A stretch of DNA of 63,026 bases, counting the filler, from Chiloscyllium plagiosum (taxonomy: Eukaryota), in the NCBI RefSeq assembly GCF_004010195.1. It is 3 parts of one record of this genome, joined end to end, with 100 filler letters (N's around TTAATTAATTAA, not from the genome) between each part and the next. Parts side by side here need not be neighbours in the genome. Positions count along the whole stretch, not along the records: positions 26,371 to 46,278 come from NC_057714.1; 2 more parts are not named here. The stretch is one strand, 5' to 3'. Below, one piece after another: positions 27,467 through 39,189 of this stretch. Position 1 is the stretch's first letter, and the number at the start of each line of letters is the position of its first letter. Position numbers and translations under genes: made by a program. A model generated the notes under the pieces. That model made no database searches. It was not told the origin of the DNA and saw only the letters and a list, made by a program, of their open reading frames with translations.

Positions 27467-27619
27467 TAAATACTTCAGGAACATTTCATTTGCATTTCAC
27501 TGCCGCCCGGGTGAGTGAAATTGCTACAAGAGAAAACATCAAAAGATTGTGATAAACTTTAACAAAACATAAATAGATCTCCCTGCCTTACATCAAGACT
27601 TGCATGAAATAATTTAAAT
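27467..27619 (-). promoter_or_regulatory. AU-rich elements in the interferon 3' UTR
   Basis: ATTTA on the minus strand at 27471-27467, 27574-27570 and 27619-27615. Confidence 0.45.
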
Positions 27620-27771
27620 TAACATCTCCAAATACTGTCAGTATAGAGTGAAAAGCGAACAGTGATAGGATTACAGTTAACTGCCGAGAAAGACAATGTC
27701 CAGTGAGACAAAGCTAAAGGACTGTGGATGTTATCTTTCATCGAATTCCATTCAAAATATAGGTTTCCATT

Positions 27772-27858
27772 TTATTTCCTGGCATGGTTTCTTGATGTTT
27801 CGTGTAGGATCCTTCTCGTGGCTGCATGGACGATTTCCCAGGCACAGCCGCTGTTTCC
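27772..27858 (-). CDS. Interferon exon 5 (CAWE motif, stop)
   Basis: Acceptor cctttgcctctgcacag|; GNSGCAWEIVHAATRRILHETSRNHARK then TAA. Confidence 0.93.
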   Translation of the reverse strand, partial: GNSGCAWEIVHAATRRILHETSRNHARK

Positions 27859-29013
27859 CTGTGCAGAGGCAAAGGAGAATTTCATGGTGAACCTTAAATG
27901 TAATTTCTGTCACATTTAGTCGAGGGTTAGTGAGATTATCCCAACATTATTGTCGGAGTGTACGAGTTAACAGACTGCAACTGAACATATCAACAGAAAT
28001 AGTTAACATAGAAAACAGATCATCAGATACTAACTAGGTCCAGCGTAATACGAAAAGGAACTAAATCAGGCAGGTTTATGGAATTAGTACCTTTTCCAGT
28101 AGAAACGCACCCAGTTTCTGGAATCTTTCCCGTATAGCTCGTTGTTGAATATTATGGGATTGGGGAGACTCCATCTGCAAAAGCAAAAGATATTTCCGTA
28201 AACTCCTGGACTTCAGGAGGTTTGGAAGCTCTCGGTAAAGGTGGATGTGAGGTGCTGCAGCGGCTGGGACTTACACAGGACTGGAGATGAGCCAGGATTT
28301 CAGTCAGTCTGTTCAGGAAGCTGAGCCGCTGGCTCCTGCCGAAAGGAGATTCGGATTCACTGAAGAGAGTTAACAGCCCGCTCAGGGTTTCAACAGCAAC
28401 AGCTGCTTTGTGATGTTCCGCCTGGGGAAAGACATGGGTCAGGATGGCAGCGTGTGAAACCTACTCTGGAATCTGCCAAGTTATTAAAGTCAAACTCACA
28501 GGTTTTAAAATCAGAGGCACTTCCAGATCCGCATCGTATTCGCTTCTGCACTCCGGTGAAAAAACAGGATTCTGAACAAGCAAAAAAAACCACATTGGAA
28601 TGGATTGTAATTGTGTGAATCATAATCGGAATTACTATTTATATAAAATCAACCCATGTCAGTTTCAATCCCAAATTCTAATCGTAAATTGCAAATCACA
28701 TTTGCGCATCAAATTCGAATTTTATTCGAGATACAAATGTCGATTCCCTCATCATCACATATTTCACATCGGAGCATTAGTTCCTGATCAGTGATTAGTG
28801 ATTATTAGTGTCTGACAATGAAACGCAAGGACAGGTCTGTAAGTCAAGGCTCGGTTGTATCTCGAAATCACTTACTAGATTCTCCAATCCCCGCAGCAGA
28901 TCCTTCCAGAAGCCCCTCCTCATACAGAGCTGGTCAGGGTGCTGCCCACAGGCACTTTGTGAGCACAGGGACAACAGAGCAAGAGGCAGACCGACTCTGA
29001 TCCAGGACATCAT
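27772..29013 (-). CDS. Intron-containing interferon (type I-like fold; candidate type IV IFN-upsilon), 5 coding exons, 175 aa
   Basis: Manual splicing of 29013-28876, 28571-28500, 28421-28275, 28174-28091 and 27858-27772 (138+72+147+84+87 nt), all GT-AG and phase 0, gives the open protein MMSWIRVGLPLALLSLCSQSACGQHPDQLCMRRGFWKDLLRGLENL/NPVFSPECRSEYDADLEVPLILKP/AEHHKAAVAVETLSGLLTLFSESESPFGRSQRLSFLNRLTEILAHLQSC/MESPQSHNIQQRAIRERFQKLGAFLLEK/GNSGCAWEIVHAATRRILHETSRNHARK*. It has a signal peptide, C30/C54/C119/C152, an FxxLxxFLxEK helix and a CAWEIV motif. Confidence 0.93.
28091..28174 (-). CDS. Interferon exon 4
   Basis: Acceptor tcttttgcttttgcag|; 28 codons ending IRERFQKLGAFLLEK; donor AAG|gtacta. 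Confidence 0.92.
28275..28421 (-). CDS. Interferon exon 3
   Basis: Acceptor tctttccccag|; 49 codons ending FLNRLTEILAHLQSC; donor |gtaagt. Confidence 0.92.
28500..28571 (-). CDS. Interferon exon 2
   Basis: Acceptor tttttttgcttgttcag|; 24 codons NPVFSPEC...LKP; donor |gtgagt. Confidence 0.9.
28876..29013 (-). CDS. Interferon exon 1 (signal peptide + helix A)
   Basis: ATG at 29013; 46 codons ending GLENL; donor CTA|gtaagt. Confidence 0.9.
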
Positions 29014-29183
29014 CTTAACGAGGCTGCAAAATCTAGTCTGTCAAGTAAAGGGAGCCTGAGCACTGGAACTCAACCCAGAGGCAATAGCAGTTTGCTCGGG
29101 TGAATGATTCCTTGTGGAGTCTCCCTTACCTAGTACCGCTTGGTGCTCACCTTGAGCTCTATCACCCATCCTGACTGTCGCCT

Positions 29184-29324
29184 TTTTAAAGTTCCCTGCT
29201 CCCCCAGACACTGCTCAGGATTAAGATCGAAACTAACGTTTTTTTCCGAATTCTTTGTCCGGAGATTTAGGATGGGTGAAAACATTGAGGTCACCAGCTC
29301 AACTCCAACTTACTTTCATTTCAC
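29184..29324 (-). promoter_or_regulatory. Putative interferon promoter: TATA-like TTTAAAA and IRF-type element
   Basis: Minus strand GGGAACTTTAAAA (TTTAAAA 29190-29184) and GTGAAATGAAAGTA (29324-29311), a tandem GAAA motif resembling IRF/PRDI sites. Confidence 0.5.
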
Positions 29325-30217
29325 ACATTGAGAATTCAGTTCCCATATGTCTAACAGGTCAGGACTGGGATCTGTACTAATCCATTGCGTCCGATTCACA
29401 TCAGCATATTCTGCAGCTAACTCATAATTTTATCTGTTTCAGCCAGGATCAGAATTGATCATTAAATTCAACTCAATTGTCGTTTAAAATATAAAACAAA
29501 ATCTGAGTTTTATTTCCCTATGAGTGGTGTTACCGGGGAAGGTTTAACCTTTTGGTACGAAGTTGAAAATCTCCCAGTGACATTATCGCAGTTTCCGATC
29601 TTCTGGTACTGGAGTGAATTTAAAATAATCAATCCCCGCGGCGAACACTGTTAGTTAATTTCAATAAGCACAAACTTTGCGTCTTCCGCATTTTGTCTGG
29701 TTCCATCAGAAATTGACTGTTTCTTACTGGCCAAGTATATGAAGGGATATGGAGGCAAGGCGGTGGATGGACATTGGTTTCAGCCCAGTCTCGTTCAAGC
29801 AGGTCCCTTTCCTGTCCCCTGATGAATTATTTAATATTTACAAATAAAAAGGTTTCAGAAAACAAAATCTGAGAACCTTGCTTCATGAAAGGTAAACATT
29901 AGATATCCTTTGGGAGTTCAGTTCACAATTGACCTCGCCCTTTACTGTTCTTTACTGTTTAACAATGTATTCTTCCCTCTGTTCTATTACCCTTATGCAC
30001 TTGGTATGATATGATCTGTCTGTACTGCACGCAAAATAAAACTTTTCACTGTGTCTATGATAATAACAAATGGAGTCAAATTAAAACAAAACCCAGTGAA
30101 TGCATTACAGGTCACAAAATGCTCTAGAGCCAATGAAATGACTGTTTCCTTTGGAAGCATAACCTATGCCCCAAAGGCCGAGACATTGCTAGTTTATTGT
30201 TTCAGTTTACAACACGT

Positions 30218-30385
30218 AGTTAAAAATCACACAATACCAGGTTATAGTCCAACAGGTTAATTTGAAAGTGCAAACTTTCGGAGCACTGCTCCTTTAATTC
30301 ATGGGGCAGAATCATTGGACACAGAATTTATAGTAAAAGGTCAAAGTTTCATACAACTGATGAAATGTATTGAACAAACCTAGGT
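30218..30385 (-). mobile_element. PLE terminal-repeat fragment
   Basis: ttaaaaatcacacaataccaggttatagtccaacagg motif as at 8020 and 53413. Confidence 0.7.
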
Positions 30386-32559
30386 ATGAAAATACAAGTG
30401 ACAATTTAACTGTCTTTAGATGGTGGACTTGTGCCAGCACAATATCAGGTGTTCTCTCTACTCCTTGTGAATATCTTTATATTCAATTGAGAGTATAGAT
30501 GGGACAACAGTTTAATATCAGACTTGGAAAAAAAAAGACCATATCCCTCAGAATTGCAGTCCAGGTTATCGGGTCAAGTCTCAGAACTGGGTAAAAATCC
30601 AAGACTTTGAGACCAGAGAATAGCGCACTTCTGAACCAACTCAGAAATTTATAATTTATATTTATTCAATATTATAAGTGTTAGAGATACTGTACATTGA
30701 GCAGGGAAAGATTGAGATTAGCATGTAGAGAGTTTAGGTGAAATAAATCTCTTGTTCAGCAAAACCAAAATGCTGCAAAACGGATCTATGTTCAAAATGG
30801 AAGATTGAGTAAAGCTGAAAAAAATGGTTTTCTGGAAAGTTTTCATCATTAGGTCATTAGTAGGGTTAGCGATGTCAAATTGAAAAGCGCTCTGTTGAAA
30901 GAAAACGTGAATTGGTTAGCAAATGGACTTTATAGTAGAATCTGCCAAAGAACAAGCAGTTTTTCTGACACAGTGTAAAACAAGGTTCCTTAGAGAAGGA
31001 ACACGTGGTGATCACCAATATTCTTGATGCTTTTAGGGAGAGATGGGCACCAATGGGTGCCTCCTTCTCTCCATTCACTTTTTTTCACATAAGCATTGCA
31101 CTTGTCAGGGTTTTACTTGTTTCACTGGCCACATGGGTGCTTTTTTGGTGTTGAAAAATGTGGAATAAACTTTCAGCACACAAGAACATCATGTTTTCAT
31201 ATTTTTGTAAATTGTCCTGGTGAATAGAAGACCAAAAATGTCAATAAAATGTCTTTTTTGTCTATGGCAATTCTTCATTTCTATGCTACCAAACTGCCAG
31301 ATGTTATATGAAGGAAAATACTTGAAAACATTGTGTTCTTGAGGTATTGTTATTGAAGCCATGAGATACATAAATATGCTGGCACATGTTAATTTTATAT
31401 AATGCAATTGTAAGCTATGAAAAACAATTTCTATCTTTTGAGTGTACTGATTTGAAAAAGCATTTTGTGATAAATTCATGGGAAAGTTTGATCAGTATTC
31501 ATTGGTTGGCAATAAACTTGTATCTTTCACACACTCAACAGGTGTACAAAGGTTTTTGTAACTAACACTAAAATTGATGTAATACTAAAAGGTAACCATC
31601 TTAATAGCATTTCATTTAACCTAAGAAAACCTCGAGCACTCAGAGCGGAGGGTAAATGTTCAAGGGGAAATCAGATGCTGCTCTGCGCACCTTTGTAATT
31701 TGATAACATGAATGCAAAGGGAAACGATGGTGAAGTGAAGCAACATCTATATTCTTTACCAGAAAGAGGACTTCCTGTCTTTTAGTTTCTATTTTCCAAC
31801 TTTTCGTAGAGTTGTATTACAGTGTGTGAGGGGAGAATCATACATTACCTTTAATATTAACTTTTAAATTGCTGGAAAACATTTATTCTGACATAGCCAG
31901 GACAGGGGAGAAAATGGTAAGAACAATTCAGTAAATTAAAACTTCATGCTGTGTATGAATTAGGTTGAATGCCAAGTTCAGCAAAATATTTGACTCAATT
32001 AAGTTAATCCACAAAATCGAAACATAGGAACAGGAGTAAATCATCCGACTCTTTGAACGTGTTTTGCCATTTAATTAGATCCTGGCTATTAAAATACATC
32101 TACTACGTTCCTTTCAGGGCTTTTAACATGCTCGAATATCAACGATTTATCAATGCCTCTTCTGAAATATGCAGTTGAACTTTACATTCAATGGATATTA
32201 GGGGCAGAGAGATTCTGATTCCATCCAACCTTTGGGTAAGTTGTGGAGAACCAAAAGTTACCAACAACTTCTGAAAATGAACCTGAAACTTAATAGCCAA
32301 CATATTGTTCAATAACCATACCTGGAGCTGCTTTTTGCTTCCAGTATTAACCGAGGACATAATTGATCACTTCAGTTGACTTGATAAGAGATTGTCCAGT
32401 TACCTTAAGCTGATCAGTTTGATTTAATTTCATCTCTTTGTGTGACATTGTGTTCAAATGCTAACATTTCATTCACTGATGGCTGAATTATAAAACCACT
32501 TTGTGATTGTGCAAACAGACTGATATGTCCCAGCTTCAATTCAAAGTCAATGTTAACTA

Positions 32560-34300
32560 TAGAGCATAGAACAGACTACATAGAACATTGTATTGTACAG
32601 GACAGGAACAGGCCCTTTGGCCCATGATATTGTGCTGAACATGACCCAAGTTAAACTAATCCCTTCTCCTACCCTTGGTCCATATCCCTCCATTTCTTGC
32701 ACTGGCTGTGCTTACCTTAAGTCTCTTAAATGTCCCTCTCATACCTGCCTCCACCATCATCCCTGGCAGCACGTTCCACACTCCTACCACTCTTTGTGTA
32801 AAAAACTTGCCCCTCACATCTCCTTTGAACTTGCCCCACTCACCTTAAATGTATATCCCATAGTTTTAGACACTTAAAGTCTGGGAAAAAGATTCTGACT
32901 GTCAGCCTTATCTATGCACCTTATAATTTTATAGACTGCTATCAAGTCTCTCTGGCTGTGCTTACCTTAAGTCTTTTAAATGTCCCTCTCATACCTGCCT
33001 CCACCATCATCCCTGGCAGCACGTTCCACACTCCTACCACTCTTTGTGTAAAAAACTTGCCCCTCACATCTCCTTTGAACTTGCCCCCCTCACCTTAAAT
33101 GTATACCCCATAGTTTTAGACACTTAAAGTCTGGGAAAAAGATTCTGACTGTCAGCCTTATCTATGCACCTTATAATTTTATAGACTGCTATCAAGTCTC
33201 TCCTCAACCTCTGCTGCAAAGAAAACAACCCAAGTTTTTCTAGCCTCTCCTTATAGTTCATACCCTCTGATCCAGGCAGCATCCTGGTAAACCTCTTCTG
33301 CACCCTCTCCAAAGCCTTCACATCCTTCCTGTAATGTGACAACCAGAATTGAATTCAATGCTCTAAGTGTGGCCTAACTAAAGTCACACTATGACATCTT
33401 GAATCTTGTACTCAATTTTCTGACCAATAAAGGCAAGCAAAACATAAGCTTTCTTTCACCCTGTCTACTTGTGTGGCCACTTTCAGGGAGCTATAGACTT
33501 GAACCCCAAGATCTCTTGTAAATCAACACTGTTCAGGGTCCTGCCATTAACTGTATGCTTTTCCTTAACATTTGATCTCCCACCATGCAGCACCTCACAT
33601 GTACCCAGATTAAACTTCATCTGCCATTTCTCCACCCATATCTGCAACTGGTCTACAATCCTAATTTTTTCTTTGACAACCTTCTATGCTATCCACAACT
33701 CCACTGATCTTTGTATCGTCTGCAAACTTACTAATCCACCCATCTACATTTTCATCCAAGTCATTTATAGATATCACAAACAGCAGAAGGAACACCATTA
33801 ATCACGACCTCCAGCCTGAAAAACAACCTTCCATCACTATCCTCTGCTTTCTATGGGCAAGCCAACTCTGAATCCACATGTCTAGATTAGAGTGGTGCTG
33901 GAAAAGCACAGCAGGTCAGGCAGCATCCGAGGAGCAGGAAAATCGACGTTTCGGGCAAAAGTCCTTCCAAGTCACTGTGGATCCCATGCGTTTTAATCTT
34001 CTGGATGAGCCTACCATGAGGGACCTTGTCAAAACCCTTGTAGAATCTATGTAAATAACATCCACTGCTCTACCCACATAAATCATCTTCATCACTTCCT
34101 CGAAAAATTCAGTCAAGTTAGTAAGACATGACCTGATCTGCACAAAGCCATACTGACTGCCCCTAATTAGGCCATGCTTTTCCAAATGCTCATAAGTCCT
34201 ATCTCTAAGAATTCTCTCCAATAGCTTCCTAACCACTGATATAAGACTCTGTGGTCTCTAGTTTCCTGGATTATCCCTGTTGCCTTTTTTGAACAGAGGA
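32560..34300 (-). mobile_element. CR1 ORF2 fragment with internal tandem duplication and a PLE insert (about 33880-33965)
   Basis: ORFs 33124-33342 and 33916-34236 (QYGF..RSCLTNL.EFFE..AVDVIY.D). Confidence 0.85.
32702..33201. repeat. Direct tandem duplication, 2 x 250 bp
   Basis: Units start ctggctgtgcttacc at 32702 and 32952; about 3 mismatches. Confidence 0.9.
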
Positions 34301-34364
34301 ACAAGATAAGTATGTAAATTAGTTCACTGAGCTGGAAGGTTTGTTTTCAGACATTTTACAAATA

Positions 34365-35600
34365 TATTAAGGACAAAAGGGTAACTAGGGAGAGAATAGG
34401 GCCCCTCAAAGATCAACAAGGCAGCCTTTGGGTGGAGCCACTGAAAATGGGGGAGATATTAAATGAATATTTTGCATCAGTATTTACTGTGGAAAAGGAT
34501 ATGGAAGGTATAGACTGCAGGGAAATAGTTGGTGACATCTTGCAAAATGTCCAGATTACAGAGGAGGAAGTGCTGGATGTCTTGAAACGGTTAAAGGTGG
34601 ATAAATCCCCAGGACCTGATCAGGTGTACCCGAGAACTCTGTGGGAAGCTAGAGAAGTGATTGCTGGGCCTCTTGCTGAGATATTTGTATCATCGATAGT
34701 CACAAGTGAGGTTCCGGAAGACTGGAGGTTGGCAAACGTGGTGCCACTGCTTAAGAAGGGCGGTAAAAACAAGCCAGGGAACTATAGACTAGTGAGCCTG
34801 ACCTCAGTAGTGGGCAAATTGTTGGAGGGAATCCTGAGGGACAGAATGTACATGTATTTGGAAAGGCAAGGACTGATTATGAATAGTCAGCATGGTTTTG
34901 TGTGNNNNNNNNNNNNNNNNNNNNNNNNNNNNNNNNNNNNNNNNNNNNNNNNNNNNNNNNNNNNNNNNNNNNNNNNNNNNNNNNNNNNNNNNNNNNNNNN
35001 NNNNNNNNNNNNNNNNNNNNNNNNNNNNNNNNNNNNNNNNNNNNNNNNNNNNNNNNNNNNNNNNNNNNNNNNNNNNNNNNNNNNNNNNNNGAAAGCAAAT
35101 CTTAGCAGGACTTATACACTTAATGGTAAGGTCCTAGGGAGTGTTGCTGAACAAAGAGACCTTGGAGTGCAGGTTCATAGCTCCTTGAAAGTGGAGTCAC
35201 AGGTAGATAGGATAGTGAAGAAGGCGTTTGGTATGCTTCCCTTTATTGGTCAGAGTATTGAGTACAGGAGTTGGGAGGTTATGTTGCAACTGTACAGGAC
35301 ATTGGTTAGGCCACTGTTGGAATATTGCGTGCAATCCTGGTCTCCTTCCTATCGGAAAGATGTTGTGAAACTTGAAAGGGTTCAGAAAAGATTTACAAAG
35401 ATGTTGCCAGGGTTGGAGGATTTGAGCTACAGGGAGAGGCTGAACAGACTGGGGCTGTTTTCCCTGGAGTGGCGGAGACTGAGGGGTGACTTTATAGAGG
35501 TTTACAAAATTATGAGGGGCATGGATAGGACAAATAGACAAGGTCTTTTCCCTGGGGTCGGGGAGTCCAGAACTAGAGGGCATAGGTTTAGGGGTAGAGG
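34365..35600 (+). mobile_element. CR1 ORF2, young, spanning a gap (34905-35090)
   Basis: LNEYFASVFT, KSPGPD, PEDWRLANV, NYR.VSLTS, QHGF. Confidence 0.92.
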
Positions 35601-36717
35601 GGAAATTGTGTCTGCTTGTTTGACTCTGATCTCCAGCATCTGCAGTCCTCACTTTCTCCTAAATAAGTTTTCCCTTAGGATAGAAATAGATATGTTCAAG
35701 ACCAATAAGACATTTGTTAAATATTAAATTACTTTATCAAAAGATTGTGCGCATTACCATAATGTGGTTAGTGGCAACAAAGTTTAAGAGACTACTCAAA
35801 TGCAATTTTATTTGTTAGGTTTCTTCATCTTGCTCAATATGTTGGTTCCAACAGGCCTGGAGTATATGGGAAGTGATGGCCTACTGATATTATCACTAAA
35901 TTGTCAATCCAGAAAACCTGGCCTTGTTCTAGGGATGCAGGTTTGAATCCTGCCTTGGCAGGTGGTGATGGTTGAATTGAATATGGAGTCCAATGACGCC
36001 AATGAATTGATTGCTGGGCTAGTTGATCTGATTCCCTAATGGGAAGGAAACTGCCATCCATACTTGGTCTAGCCTACGCATGACTCCAAACCCACAGCAA
36101 ATGTGGCTGACACTTAAATGCCTCCTGGGCAAGTAGGGAATGGGTAACTGGTACTGGCTTAGCCAGTGATGACCACATGCTGTGAAGTAATTAAAAGAAA
36201 AAGAACAACTCTTAGCATCAATGCGAAATGAAAATTGCATTTTATCAGAGTAAAATGTTTTAATCGCCATCGTCATTTCCTATCGTTCAAATGATTTTAT
36301 GCAATATATCTCTGTTTTCGCTAAGTTTCCCTTGAAACAGATTGACACTTTAGTATTAAAGTCAAATCGTACTTTGTTTAAAAAGAAAATAAATTCTTTG
36401 GTTTCCCTCAGACTGTATGCTGAACACATATAACTCTATAGGAAAAAGATGCAGAGAATTTATTTGACACAACAAAGGGCAATTATTGACGATAGCTATC
36501 ATGCTTTCTGGCTTGCGAGTCAGTGAAAAATTCACATTGGTCCAGATTTTCTGTGAGTGGCTATCTCCATGAGGTCAGGTCTCCCTCAGAAATGTGGAGC
36601 TATGCTTCCATTCTGATAGTCCGCTCAGAACATAGAACTCACAGCTGCTGCAATCTGACATTTAAAGATCCTCACAGCCACATTGACATTTGCTGTCAAA
36701 CAGTAACTAAGTAAGTA

Positions 36718-36847
36718 TTTCCTGATGAAGATCTCCTGCCCAAAATGTAGATTCTCCTGCTCCTCGCATGTTGCCTGACCTGCTGTTCTTTTCCAGCACC
36801 ACACTCTCGGCTCTGATCTCCAGCATCTGCAGTCCTCACTTTCTCCT
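36718..36847 (+). mobile_element. Short PLE terminal insertion with degenerate hammerhead
   Basis: cctgatgaag...; TSD agtaagta at 36710-36717 and 36848-36855. Confidence 0.7.
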
Positions 36848-37724
36848 AGTAAGTACTTAAGGTAAGTGTTATGTCTGGCTCCTGGAAGGGTAAAGTGCCA
36901 AGTGAATTGGGTCTCAGGAATGAGGAATGTTGGGGCATGAATGCTGAAAGTGTAATGTGATTGGAAATTGTGAATGAGGTAAGTATAGGATTAATTTCGC
37001 AGTTACTCAGGAGTCAGAATGTGAAATTAATCACCCAAATCTTCCTGAGAAACTATTTCACTTAAATTTCATTGGAACTATCTGCGATCTCTGAATTTTA
37101 TTGAGATTATTGTAGGGTTTCAGGTGTAGAGAAATAACCTCAAGGAAAATTCAATTTTCCAGGCAATTCCTTTGGAGAGTGCTACAATGGGGATTCCATA
37201 TGATTTCCATGTGCAAGTTGGATCTACGCTGCCATAATGATGGACCGGTGGAAAATATGTTACCTTCTCTCCTTTGGCTCACTGAATTGTGGCCCAACCA
37301 TTAACTTGTAATTAATAGGACACCATGGTGGAGCTCCCACAAGATCAAGGGGTAGGATGGTCCTATTTACCAGGGGCTATTGGCCAAGGAGGAACTGGCA
37401 GTGCTTTTGCTTTGTAATACCATTGGAGAGGCAGCATCTGCAGGCACAACAGCTACCAGATAACAGGATTAGGTAATAACCCAGGCCAGAGGTATGGGAT
37501 GATGAGGTGGGTTTTGTAGCATGGGGATTGTGTAGGCGGTTCTATGAGAATCAGTAGCAGGGCAAGAGAAGGTTCAGGCTTAGTTCCCATACACTATATT
37601 AGAAGTATATGGCTGGGGAAAACCATCAAAATAATGGCCAATCCTTTAAAATGATTTACTTTGGCCTCTCTCATAATATATTTAATTAGTGGGGCCATCT
37701 AGTGGCTATCTTTCCAAGGATTTA

Positions 37725-38095
37725 TAGGCATACAGCATGGAAACAGGCCCTTTAGTCCAACTCATTTTTGCTGACCAGATATCCTAAACTGATCGAGACC
37801 CATTTGCCAACATTTGGACCATATCCCTCAAAACCCTTCCTATTCCTGTACCCAACCAGATGCCTTTTAAATGGTGTAATTATATGCACCTCCAAACACT
37901 ACCCTCTGCGTGACAAAGTTGCACTTCATGGTCATTTTTAAATCTTTCACCTCTCAACTTAAACTCATGCCCTCTAGTTTTGGACTCCCCTAATCTGGGG
38001 GAAAGATTTTGGCTATTTGCCTTGTCCATGCCTGTCATGATTTTATGAATCTCTACAAGATCACCCCTCAGCATCTGATGCTCCAGGGGAAAAAG
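37725..38095 (-). mobile_element. CR1 3' fragment
   Basis: ORF 37880-38074 LRGDL..KTRGHEFKL. Confidence 0.8.
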
Positions 38096-38494
38096 CCAAG
38101 AGATAGAGATTGGAATGTGATGTTGTTCTCAACTGCCACCCTTCCACCTGATTAAATATCCTTCCTGCCTCCAAATACTGGTCAATTAGGATTTGTGATT
38201 GGGAAAGCAGTGCCTGAAAGGATCATGGAATGTGGAAGCCAAGTCAGTAAGACTATGTGCTAAAGGGATGGGATAAATAGTTGGAAGGTGAAATAATTTC
38301 AACCATGTATCTAATAGACATGGGAATGTGGTTAATTGAGTAACCCCCTGAAAGAGCTGATACAGGCATAATAATAGGCTGAGTGGCCTGCTTCTCTGCA
38401 GTAATATGATTTCTCAAGTCGTCATTGTTCAGCAATCATGTTAAAACACCATTGAATTGCCTGTTGAATTCTGACTGACAGCACAGGAGCATAG

Positions 38495-38699
38495 AAGAAA
38501 CTGAGGACTGCAGATGCTGGAAATCAGAGTTGAGAGTATGGTGCCGGAAAATCACAGCAGGTCAGGCAGCATCCGAGGAGCAGGAGAATCGACGTTTCGG
38601 GCAAGAGGCCTTTCATCACAGATGAGGTTTGTGAGCCAACGGGGTAGAGAGATAAATGGGAGAGGATGGGGCTGGGGGAAGATAGCTGAGAGTGCAATA
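38495..38699 (-). mobile_element. PLE terminal insertion
   Basis: TSD gcacaggagcatag at 38481-38494 and 38700-38713; hammerhead-like core on the minus strand. Confidence 0.8.
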
Positions 38700-38879
38700 G
38701 CACAGGAGCATAGTCATATTGAAACTGAAGTGACAGAACAGTAAAATTGCTTAATGGGTATATGAATAGGAAGAGTTTGGAGCGATATGGCCCCGTGCTG
38801 GCAGGTGGGACTAGATTGGGTTGGGATATCTGTTTGACATGGATGGATTGGACTGAAGGGTCTGTTTCCATGCTATACG

Positions 38880-39150
38880 TGGGGTGACACGATGGTACAG
38901 TGGTTAGCACTGCTGCCTCACAGCACCAGAGACCCGGGTTCAACTCCCACCTCAGGCAACTGTCTGTGTGGAGTTTGCACATTCTCCCCTCATGGGCTTC
39001 CTCCAGGTGCTCCAGTTTCCTCCCATAGTCCAAAAAATGTGTAGGTTAGGTGAATTGGCCATGCTAAATTGCCCATAGAGTTAGGTGAAGGAATAAATGT
39101 AGGGGAATGGGCCAGGGTGGGTTGTACTTCAATGGGTTGGTGTGGACTCT
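38880..39150 (+). mobile_element. HE1 SINE, preceded by a CR1 tail (about 38750-38878)
   Basis: tRNA head cagtggttagcactgctgcctcac...gggttcaactcc. Confidence 0.85.
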
Positions 39151-39189
39151 ATTCTGTCCCCATAGAGGCCCCAGCACCTATGCCTCAAG

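Noticed and set aside
28275..28421. Short-chain type I cytokine (IL-2/IL-4/IL-7-like helix D, FLNRL)
   Set aside because: The exon is internal, and downstream exons supply FxxLxxFLxEK and CAWE, which fit the interferon family
28795..29013. 72-aa single-exon secreted peptide from the ORF track
   Set aside because: It is exon 1 of the interferon read through the gtaagt donor at 28875
34432..35727. 431-aa host gene
   Set aside because: CR1 ORF2 pieces bridged by a gap
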